In this document: positions 9,904 through 17,903 of the stretch, piece by piece
Position numbering within the stretch: the first letter of the stretch is position 1
Layout: every line of letters begins with the position of its first letter
NCBI GenBank assembly: GCA_963705725.1
Contig: CAVPKM010000007.1
Coordinates: 93,568-157,567, forward strand
Direction: 5' to 3'
DNA from: an uncultured Gammaproteobacteria bacterium
GTDB taxonomy: Bacteria; Pseudomonadota; Gammaproteobacteria; UBA6002
Length of the DNA: 64,000 nucleotides
Notes under the pieces: model-generated
What the model saw: the letters and a program-made list of their open reading frames with translations, nothing else
Databases searched by the model: none
Told to the model about the DNA's origin: nothing
Made by a program: the position numbers and the translations under genes

Positions 9904-10175
9904 ATCGAATTAATTTTTTTAGGGATACCCTCGTTTGTTGCAAGGCTGCATTGGCAAAAAATCCAAGCGTTTTTCCATTGCAATTAGTAATAAATCAAAT
10001 AGAATTTCTCTTGGAGTTGGAAGAAGGCTGTTCTAACGATATATCAAAATTGTGTACAATTAAAATTGGTTGGATTGCTGCTAGAGAATTAGATGGTTTT
10101 TCTGATGAAACGCTTATAAATAAGCTTCATTTAATTTCCGCTGAGGTTGAAAAAATGAGAAAAGAGAAGTTTTAA
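9900..10175 (+). CDS. Tsi6-family immunity protein
   Basis: All-helical 91 aa, P-x-L-x-x-VINQIEFL...IKIGWIAARELD; GTG start overlaps the toxin stop. Confidence 0.8.
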   Translation: MNRINFFRDTLVCCKAALAKNPSVFPLQLVINQIEFLLELEEGCSNDISKLCTIKIGWIAARELDGFSDETLINKLHLISAEVEKMRKEKF

Positions 10176-10281
10176 TGATTAAAAAAACAAAGAGTATAGA
10201 AGACATCCAGATATTGCTAGGAAAACCTAAAAACTATCCTAATATTTTTTTTATCATTTTTATGAATTTAACTCCTCATTA

Positions 10282-10470
10282 ACTGATATCAATACAGCAA
10301 ATTTCTATTCAGGTAATAATGGTCTAAACCGAATACAAGCAATTAATTATGCGCGGTAAAACCGTGGTAATATTATAGATTTTACTCCTGGAGGGAAGTT
10401 TTAATGGGAGAAAATTGTATGAACGGTTACCTCTAGGTTTAGCTGATGCAGTTTGGAGATCCCTTTCATT
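10282..10470 (+). pseudogene. Decayed second ARC-like toxin tip
   Basis: Translates TDINTANFYSGNNGLNRIQAINYAR*NRGNIIDFTPGGKF, then after a frameshift NGRKLYERLPLGLADAVWRSLS; collinear with the ARC tip at 8650-8840. Confidence 0.7.
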
Positions 10471-10561
10471 TTCGAGAAATCACATATGGACTTAGTTAAT
10501 CCGTGCACTTCTCATTATGAAACTGCGGTTCACAATCGTTTAAGATTTAATGTAAGGATTT

Positions 10562-10822
10562 ATGACAATACTTATTCAATTGGATTATATAGCCTATGTG
10601 GAAAATAAACACGGATTATATATCGGAATGACACGCATTAACAGGCAAGACGGGAAAACTTTTATTAAAATCGATGCAGCTAGCGGATTTACAAATTGGC
10701 TGCCACCACATGCAGAAAAACCTTTAACTCAACGCAAAAAAATTGAAATATTAGCCTTTCTTGAAAAGGCTTTAAGTCTTTTAGATTACGGGTTTGAAAT
10801 TAGCAATAAACCTAGACATTAA
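10562..10822 (+). CDS. Second Imm74-like immunity protein
   Basis: NWLPPHAEKPLTQRKKIEILAFLEKALSLLDYGFEI; lies downstream of the ARC remnant. Confidence 0.65.
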   Translation: MTILIQLDYIAYVENKHGLYIGMTRINRQDGKTFIKIDAASGFTNWLPPHAEKPLTQRKKIEILAFLEKALSLLDYGFEISNKPRH

Positions 10823-10829
10823 AAAAAAT

Positions 10830-11003
10830 TGTTGAAAATTTTATTGATCTAGGAGTTGCTTATGGTATTGAATATTTTACAGCAGGTTTAGGGACATTAA
10901 TCCTAATTCCTGCATTAGCTATAACAAATCATTATATAGATCCCTTATTATAGCTAAGAGTGATGAGGTGTATGACAATTATCATTCCTTGTGGAATAAA
11001 TAA
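10830..11003 (+). pseudogene. 3' fragment of membrane-active toxin tip
   Basis: VENFIDLGVAYGIEYFTAGLGTLILIPALAITNHYIDP / IIAKSDEVYDNYHSLWNK*; homologous to the end of 13329-13757. Confidence 0.75.
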
Positions 11004-11013
11004 AGGAAATAAA

Positions 11014-11434
11014 ATGCAAGTTAATTTTATAATCAAAGAGAAAATAATTGATGTATCTTTATTATTTATCCTCATCACAATAATTAATCATATTTTTAAT
11101 ATTGCCATTATTTTTTAATTTCAAAATTATTCCTAATATTGAGAGGAAAGTGGGAAAAAAATTAAAATTTGAACTATTTTATTATAGTCTACATATTTTT
11201 AATGGCTACTTTATTCGTTATGGCGAGATATTTTTATATATCCTCACAATATATTTAAAAATTCCAAAAAAAATGAATCCCAAATATGTTTTACTAGAAG
11301 TCGCTTATTCGCGTGAATTATTTTCAACATCAGAAATATTTTGGAGTTTTATTGCACTATTTAATTTTGTATTCTTTTTTGTCTTTTTTATTATTTTTAT
11401 AAATTTAATTCCTCATAAAATTTCAATTAACTGA
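11014..11434 (+). pseudogene. 2-TM immunity-like membrane protein, type A copy 1, +1 frameshift near 11090
   Basis: ATG at 11014 matches the starts at 12782 and 14505; catatttttaat versus cattttttaat in the 14505 copy. Confidence 0.75.
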
Positions 11435-11457
11435 GGCAGCTTCTCATCCCTAATAAA

Positions 11458-12063
11458 ATGAACAAATTAACGAGCAGAAATGATAGCAATCCTCCTTTGT
11501 ATAAAGATTGGAGTACCTGGTTAGAGGCAAGCTTAGATGGTACGGCAAGGACTGCCAAACACATGTCACCCCTATATCAAATAATGCAGGAGACTTATCA
11601 TGATGCAGCAATGCTTAGTATCAATCGCGCAATTGAAATGGCAAGGATGAGCCATGAAGTTTCTCATGAGATGTCATACTGGAATGCGAGAAGAAATATG
11701 GCAGTGAGGTCTGCTAATTTTAATTTAATTCAATCAGAACGATATGGGCGATTTTGGTCGGTTACTGATAAACTAAAGCATTTAGGTAAAGTATCCACTG
11801 CGCTTGATGTGGGGCTTAGAGCAGAAAAAATTATTAAGGCTGCTCCCGATCAGCGCGGTCGAGTGGCTTTTGAGCAAAGTGCGACTTTTGTATTAGAAAA
11901 TATTGTTGATGTGGGAGTTGCTTCTGCTGTCGAGAGTACTACAGGAGGTTTAGGAATATTAATACTAATTCCAGCGCTGGCTATAGTAAATCATGTTATT
12001 GATCAATCTCAATTGGTCAAAAAATATAGCGATATTACTTATAATATGTTCATTGGAAAATGA
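11458..12063 (+). CDS. Orphan toxin tip, predicted membrane-active (colicin-like hydrophobic hairpin), variant 1
   Basis: LGKVSTALDVG helix then Gly-rich hydrophobic C-terminus (GGLGILILIPALAIV); followed by a membrane immunity-like gene. Confidence 0.6.
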   Translation: MNKLTSRNDSNPPLYKDWSTWLEASLDGTARTAKHMSPLYQIMQETYHDAAMLSINRAIEMARMSHEVSHEMSYWNARRNMAVRSANFNLIQSERYGRFWSVTDKLKHLGKVSTALDVGLRAEKIIKAAPDQRGRVAFEQSATFVLENIVDVGVASAVESTTGGLGILILIPALAIVNHVIDQSQLVKKYSDITYNMFIGK

Positions 12064-12074
12064 TTGGGGGTTAG

Positions 12075-12485
12075 ATGATAGATTATGATTCATTATTATC
12101 AAATGAAGTTGTATTTTATGTAATAACAGCTTCTCTTTGTATCACTATATTTGATTGTCTTTTTTTATTGCCAATGATTTTTAATTTTAAGATTATTCCA
12201 GGTATTGAGAAAAAAATAAAAAAAAAATTAAAATTTACTTTTATTTCCTATGAAATGTTTTTTTTCCGTGATTATTTTGCTAGATATTGTGAAATATCAT
12301 TATATATTCTTATGAAGTACCTGAGAATTTCAAAAAAAATGAATTCTAGATGTGCTTTAGTAAAGGCTGAATACCATCGTGAGCTATTTTCAAAATTTGA
12401 AATATTTTGGAGCTTTTTTTCGCTATTTAATTATCTAATATTTTTTGCTTGCCTATTTATAATTACACATGGCTTTTCAGGATAA
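12075..12485 (+). CDS. 2-TM immunity-like membrane protein, type B variant 1
   Basis: Paralog family: TM-LP.IFN.KIIP.IE.K.GK.L.F...YF.RY.EI..YI...EIFWS-TM. Confidence 0.7.
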   Translation: MIDYDSLLSNEVVFYVITASLCITIFDCLFLLPMIFNFKIIPGIEKKIKKKLKFTFISYEMFFFRDYFARYCEISLYILMKYLRISKKMNSRCALVKAEYHRELFSKFEIFWSFFSLFNYLIFFACLFIITHGFSG

Positions 12486-12513
12486 TATATGGCCAGTGGC
12501 TTTTGATGCTAGG

Positions 12514-12568
12514 GGTGAGTAGACCAGTGCATTTCAGCCCTAGCTCCTCGCAGGACAGTGCATGAACC
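12514..12568 (-). mobile_element. Degenerate group II intron 3' end (half of domain V + domain VI)
   Basis: Minus strand GGTTCATGCACTGTCCTGCGAGGAGCTAGGGCTGAAATGCACTGGTCTACTCACC resembles typical intron ends (GGTTCACGTACGGTTCTGxGAGGGGCT.GGGGTGAAAT.CC.GGxCTACTCxxC). No RT gene nearby. Confidence 0.6.
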
Positions 12569-12632
12569 AATCTAGAGATACCTGGCAAATCCGAACTGAT
12601 GACAGGCTTTAATCTTTAATATTGAATATTGA

Positions 12633-12772
12633 ATATTGAATATTTTACAGCAGGTTTAGGGATATTAAGGCTGATTCCTGCGTTAGCTGTAACAAATCAT
12701 TATATAGAGCCCTATGCTCTAGCCAGCGGTGATTACATATATGACAATTATCATTCCTTGTGGAATAAATAA
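12633..12772 (+). pseudogene. 3' fragment of membrane-active toxin tip
   Basis: IEYFTAGLGILRLIPALAVTNHYIEPYALASGDYIYDNYHSLWNK*. Confidence 0.7.
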
Positions 12773-12781
12773 GGAAATAAA

Positions 12782-13195
12782 ATGCAAGTTAATTTTATGA
12801 TCAAAGAGAAAATAATGGATGTATCTTTATTATTTATCCTCATCACAATAATTAATTTTTTAATATTGCCATTAGTTTTTAATTTCAAAATTATTCCTAA
12901 TATTGAGAGGAAAGTGGGAAAAAAATTAAAATTCGAACTATTTTATTATAGTCTACATATTTTTAATGGCTACTTTGTTCGTTATGGCGAGATATTTTTA
13001 TATATCCTCACAATATATTTAAAAATTCCAAAAAAAATGAATCCCAAATATGCTTTAGTAAAAGTTGCTTATTCGCGTGAAGTATTTTCAACATCAGAAA
13101 TATTTTGGAGTTTTTTTGCACTATTTAATTTTGTATTCTTTTACATTTTTTTTATTATTGTTATGAATTTAACTCCTCATAAAAAACTCAATTGA
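12782..13195 (+). CDS. 2-TM immunity-like membrane protein, type A copy 2
   Basis: Near-identical to 14505-14921 and 11014-11434. Confidence 0.75.
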   Translation: MQVNFMIKEKIMDVSLLFILITIINFLILPLVFNFKIIPNIERKVGKKLKFELFYYSLHIFNGYFVRYGEIFLYILTIYLKIPKKMNPKYALVKVAYSREVFSTSEIFWSFFALFNFVFFYIFFIIVMNLTPHKKLN

Positions 13196-13213
13196 CGCAT
13201 CACCCCTAATAAA

Positions 13214-13757
13214 ATGAACAAATTAACGAGCAGAAATGATAGCAATCCTCCTTTGTATAAAGATTGGAGTAACCTAGTTAGAGGCAAGCTTAGGATGCAG
13301 CAATCTTAGTATCAATCGTGCAACTGAAATGGCAAGGATGAGCCATGAAGTTTCTCATGAGATGTCATACTGGAATGCGAGAAGAAATATGGCAGTGAGG
13401 TCTGCTAATTTTAATTTAATTCAATCAGAACGATATGGGCGGTTTTGGTCGGTTACTGATAAACTAAAGCATTTAGGTAAGGTATCCACTGCGCTTGACG
13501 TGGGGCTTAGAACAGAAGCAATTATTAAGGCTACTCCCGATCAGCGTGGTCGAGTGGCTTTTGAGCAAACTATAGCTTTTGTGTTTGAAAATATTATTGA
13601 TAGAGGAGTTACTTATGGTATTGAATATTTTACAGGAGGTTTAGGGACATTAATCTTAATTCCTGCGTTAGCTATAACAAATCATTATATAGAGCCCTAT
13701 ATTATAGCCAAGAGTGATGTTGTGTATGATGATTTTTTACATAAAATGAGGAAATAG
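13214..13757 (+). pseudogene. Membrane-active toxin tip variant 2 (65-nt deletion plus small indels; residual ORF 13329-13757)
   Basis: Matches 11458 onward but lacks 11537-11601; diverges after GRVAFEQ. Confidence 0.75.
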
Positions 13758-13758
13758 A

Positions 13759-14181
13759 ATGCAAATTTGTTCTCTGTTAGTAGTAAAAGAAATGATGTTT
13801 AATATATATTTATTATTTTGTCCTATTGTTGCAATTAATATACTCTTTATAATTCCATTAATTTTTAATTTAAAAGTTATTCCTGGTATAGAGAGAAAAG
13901 TGGGAAAAAAATTAAAGTTTGAACTATTTTCTTATAGTCTACATTTTTTTAATAGCTACTTTGTTCGTTATGGCGAAATATTTTTATATATTCTCACAAT
14001 ATATTTAAAAATTCCACAAAAAATGAATCCCAAATATGCTTTAGTACAAGTTGCTTATCCGCGTGAACTATTTTCAACATCAGAAATATTTTGGAGTTTT
14101 TTTGCACTATTTAATTTTGTAATATTCTTTATTTTTTTCATTATTTTTATGAATTTAACTCCTCATAAAAATCTCAATTAA
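13759..14181 (+). CDS. 2-TM immunity-like membrane protein, type B variant 2
   Basis: Same paralog family with a distinct N-terminal TM; begins 1 nt after the toxin stop. Confidence 0.7.
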   Translation: MQICSLLVVKEMMFNIYLLFCPIVAINILFIIPLIFNLKVIPGIERKVGKKLKFELFSYSLHFFNSYFVRYGEIFLYILTIYLKIPQKMNPKYALVQVAYPRELFSTSEIFWSFFALFNFVIFFIFFIIFMNLTPHKNLN

Positions 14182-14400
14182 CTGATATCAATACAGCAAA
14201 TTTCTATTCAGGTAATAATGGTCTAAATCAAATACAAGCAATTAATTATGTGCGGCAAAATCGTGGTAATGTTATAGATTTTACTCCATGCAGAAGAATC
14301 TTTAACTCAAAGCAAAAAAATCGAAATATTAGCCTTTTTTGAAAAGGCTTTAAGTCTTTTAGATTACGGGTTTGAAATTAGCAATAAACCTAAACATTAA
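14181..14400 (+). pseudogene. Deletion-fused duplicate of ARC remnant (10282-10387) and Imm74 3' end (10709-10822)
   Basis: Direct nucleotide match; junction ttactcc/atgcagaa at ~14287. Confidence 0.8.
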
Positions 14401-14504
14401 AAATATTAGCTATAACAAATTATTATATGGAGCCCTATGCTATAGCCAGCGGTAATTACATATATGACAATTATCATTCCGTGTGGAATAAATAAGGAAA
14501 TGAA

Positions 14505-14921
14505 ATGCAAGTTTATTTTATGATCAAAGAGAAAATAATGGATGTATCTTTATTATTTATCTTGATCACAATAATTAATCATTTTTTAATATTGCCATTA
14601 GTTTTTAATTTCAAAATTATTCCTAATATTGAGAGGAAAGTGGGAAAAAAATTAAAATTTGAACTATTTTCTTATACTATAGATTTTTTTAATGGCTACT
14701 TTGTTCGTTATGGCGAGATATTTTTATATATCCTCACAATATATTTAAAAATTCCAAAAAAAATGAATCCCAAATATGCTTTAGTAAAAGTTGCTTATTC
14801 GCGTGAAGTATTTTCAACATCAGAAATATTTTGGAGTTTTTTTGCACTATTTAATTTTGTATTCTTTTACATTTTTTTTATTATTGTTATGAATTTAACT
14901 CCTCATAAAAAACTCAATTAA
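14505..14921 (+). CDS. 2-TM immunity-like membrane protein, type A copy 3
   Basis: Near-identical to 12782-13195; preceded by a toxin-tip fragment ending DNYHSVWNK*. Confidence 0.75.
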   Translation: MQVYFMIKEKIMDVSLLFILITIINHFLILPLVFNFKIIPNIERKVGKKLKFELFSYTIDFFNGYFVRYGEIFLYILTIYLKIPKKMNPKYALVKVAYSREVFSTSEIFWSFFALFNFVFFYIFFIIVMNLTPHKKLN

Positions 14922-14943
14922 CTGAGGCATCACCCCTAATAAA

Positions 14944-15487
14944 ATGAACAAATTAACGAGCAGAAATGATAGCAATCCTCCTTTGTATAAAGATTGGAGT
15001 ACCTGGTTAGAGGCAAGCTTAGGATGCAGCAATGCTTAGTATCAATCGCGCAACTGAAATGGCAAGGATGAGCCATGAAGTTTCTCATAAAATGTCTTAC
15101 TGGAATGCGAGAAGAAATATGGCAGTGAGGTCTGTTAATTTTAATTTAATTCAATCAGAACGATATGGGCGGTTTTGGTCGGTTACTGATAAACTAAAGC
15201 ATTTAGGTAAAGTATTCACTGCGCTTGATGTGGGGCTTAGAGCAGAAAAAATTATTAAGGCTGCTCCCGATCAGCGCGGTCGAGTGGCTTTTGAGCAAAC
15301 TGTGGCTTTTTGGGGGGAAAGAATTGCAGATTCGTTTATCTCTCCTGCAGTAGCCGAAGCTGCAGGTGGTTTAGGGATATTAGCTTTAGTTTCTATATTG
15401 GCGACAACTAATTATTATCTAGACAAAGACCTTAAGCCTATAAGTGATTTTCTTTATGATAAATATAACTCTTTCCAGAAGAAATAA
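14944..15487 (+). pseudogene. Membrane-active toxin tip variant 3 (same 65-nt deletion; residual ORF 15032-15487)
   Basis: Matches 11458 onward; deletion junction at 15022/15023; distinct C-terminal 60 aa. Confidence 0.75.
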
Positions 15488-15495
15488 GGAACAAA

Positions 15496-15906
15496 ATGCA
15501 TACCTTCTCACTACAGCTAACGAAAAATGTAATAATGAATATCTCTGCATTTTCTCTTTTAATTACAATGATAAATCTTCTTCCAGTATTACCATTCATC
15601 TTTAACCATGTCATTATACCAAAAATTGAAAAAAAAATTGGCAAAAGACTCCAATTCGATCCAATATACGATTCTTTATTTTTATGGGGTAATTATTTTG
15701 TAAGATATTTAGTGGTTTCAATGTATATAATGATAAAGATTTCTAATTTTTCTTTTTTGAAATTAAAAAGAAATGCATTAGAAAAGGCAAATTATCGACG
15801 TGAGCTTATTACAAATTGGGAAATTTTTTGGAGTTTAATTACATTATTAAATGCAATAGTATTTTGGGTTTCTCTTCTTTTGCTAATGAAGTTAGTTCCT
15901 AGATAG
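15496..15906 (+). CDS. 2-TM immunity-like membrane protein, type B variant 3 (most divergent)
   Basis: LPFIFNHVIIPKIEKKIGKRLQF...NYFVRY...WEIFWSL. Confidence 0.7.
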   Translation: MHTFSLQLTKNVIMNISAFSLLITMINLLPVLPFIFNHVIIPKIEKKIGKRLQFDPIYDSLFLWGNYFVRYLVVSMYIMIKISNFSFLKLKRNALEKANYRRELITNWEIFWSLITLLNAIVFWVSLLLLMKLVPR

Positions 15907-15919
15907 TTAAGGCTGTTGA

Positions 15920-16077
15920 CAAGTATGCCTCACACGTTGGAGTGACCAATCCCAATGACGATACATAAGCCTTCCATTTACCATCAACTTGGCCGAGCGG
16001 CCTGCTACTATCAAGTGAATGGCTTGTTAACGCGTTATACCGAAGCAGATGCACGAGGTATTTACTATGATCACCAC
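15920..16077 (+). pseudogene. Collinear scraps of the YD-repeat gene
   Basis: Segments match ~2628-2660, ~3681-3703 and ~3723-3796. Confidence 0.75.
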
Positions 16078-16079
16078 TA

Positions 16080-16527
16080 GGTAGCAATGATTGACAATTA
16101 CTCTATGGCCCAATATGCATGGGAAATCCAAACAGAGGGTGGTGCAACCCAATATTTTAATTTTTCCATTGATGCATGGAGGATTAAACAGTGAATCGAA
16201 TTGATCTTTTAGGGATACTCTCGTTTGTTGCAAGGCTGCATTGGCAAAAAATCCAAGCGTTTTTCCATTGCAATTAGTAATAAATCAAATAGAATTTCTC
16301 TTGGAGTTGGAGGCTGTTCTAACGATATATCAAAATTGTGTACAATTAAAATTGGTTGGATTGCTGCTAGAGAATTAGATGGTTTTTCTGATGAAACGCT
16401 TATAAATAAGCTTCATTTAATTTCCGCTGAGGTTGAAAAAATGAGAAAAGAGAAGTTTTAATGGTTAAAAAAACAAAGAGTATAAAAGACATCCAGATAT
16501 TGCTAGGAAAACCTAAAAATTATCCTA
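16080..16527 (+). pseudogene. Degenerate duplicate of Tse6-like 3' end + Tsi6-like gene (copy of 9789-10241)
   Basis: Direct match, with a 1-nt and a 4-nt deletion in the Tsi6 copy (GTG at 16191, stop at 16461). Confidence 0.85.
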
Positions 16528-16826
16528 TCAGGGCGTAGCGGTAGCACACACTAAACGGTAATTAAACAAACAGCTTAAATTGTGTCAAACAGATAGCAGT
16601 TTAGTATCGTTTGACGAAAAACAATTGAGCTGGTTATCAGCAGGACTGGATTGGGTTTTGGTGTCTACGTGGGAAGAGTTAGAGTACGATAATTATTTTT
16701 AAAGTTAAGAAATTTTTCAGAATCTGTTAAAATTGATTGCCATGACAAGCCAATGGTATTAAATAGTTTTGGATTGCTAAGAGACACTATGTTTAACCCT
16801 ACTTACTTAATTGTTGAAACAATAAA

Positions 16827-17390
16827 ATGAAAAGATTTATAGAATTTTTTTCAGTCATCTATTTTTTAATTTATATTTTCACAGAGTCAACTCCATACAT
16901 TGGCCCAGATTATTATAACCTTCTAATTTGGAAAATTTGTTTTCCAATGACAGCTATTATTTTCATTTTGATGACAATAATATATAGAGTAAACGTACTT
17001 GCTTATTGTCGAAAAAAATTCGAAGAAAGAAAAACATCGAAACCCATGCGCTTTGTTATTATCTATGTGGGGTTTCCTTTATTAGGATCGCTTTGTTTAG
17101 TGCATTTCTTCAGCATGGTTCCGGTGCTTCTAACAAAAGAATTCGCTCAAGAGCCTCTGCTTGAAAGGAGAATTATTTCGAAGCTAGAATTTACTCAGGG
17201 AAAAAAACCCTCTAGAAGGAGGACGGTAATAACTTTTACTAAAAATCTTGCTATCGGTCAAAATAATATTAGCTTCATCGGAGACTTACGTGAAAAAAAC
17301 CCCAATATTTGTTTGCAAAAAGGGACAGAAATTATTTTATATGGAAAGAAATGTTTTTTTGGAAGCTATATAGAAGGCTTTAATTGGTGA
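16827..17390 (+). CDS. Hypothetical membrane protein (3 TM), possible orphan immunity protein
   Basis: 187 aa AT-rich ORF with hydrophobic segments at the end of the array. Confidence 0.55.
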   Translation: MKRFIEFFSVIYFLIYIFTESTPYIGPDYYNLLIWKICFPMTAIIFILMTIIYRVNVLAYCRKKFEERKTSKPMRFVIIYVGFPLLGSLCLVHFFSMVPVLLTKEFAQEPLLERRIISKLEFTQGKKPSRRRTVITFTKNLAIGQNNISFIGDLREKNPNICLQKGTEIILYGKKCFFGSYIEGFNW

Positions 17391-17706
17391 TCGTGATGCA
17401 CCATCATCCAGTTGAAATAAACACACCACTCATCGATCAGTATATTTTAAAAAATAAAGCAGAATCTGGAGAATCATCGAAGGATCGAATGTGAAATTAA
17501 TTATTTGTGGGCATGTGCATGGTGATTACCAAGTTAAATATAAAAATGTGATGATCGAAACCGCTCCCGCTACTTGCTTACAATGGCTTCGTGGAACAAA
17601 AATACTGAAAATTGATCAAAAAATAGGTTACAAAATCTATCATTTCGATGACGAATACTATGAGGCGACAACAAAACTTTGGGAAATTAATCAATATGCA
17701 AAATAA
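17387..17706 (+). pseudogene. 3' half of CpdA/Icc-like metallophosphoesterase, 5'-truncated and frameshifted
   Basis: VIVMHHHPVEINTPLIDQYILKN, a frameshift near 17463, then VKLIICGHVH...APATCLQW. Confidence 0.75.
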
Positions 17707-17903
17707 GGAAAAGCTTTCAGTACAATTCTGCGTGAATGCACAAAACTGATTTAACGGATAACGGAGTACTGGAAAATATAAATCATATAATTTTCTCAAA
17801 TGATTCGTTCATTTTTTTCTTAACGCTTCTCTTATATCAGAATCCGCTTTTTCTGGTGATCCAGAATCAAAAGGAGGTTCAGGGTTAGACTCTTATATCA
17901 TTA

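Noticed and set aside
12618-12645. AATATTG x3 microsatellite
   Set aside because: Slippage of the TATTGAATATTT sequence in the toxin-tip fragment; no sign of function.
10830-15906. Repeat array considered as CRISPR, integron cassettes or DGR
   Set aside because: The repeats are gene-length coding duplications. There are no short spaced repeats, attC palindromes, cas, integrase or RT genes, and the differences are not adenine-specific.
16225-16461. 78-aa ORF as an independent gene
   Set aside because: An out-of-frame product of the frameshifted Tsi6 duplicate.
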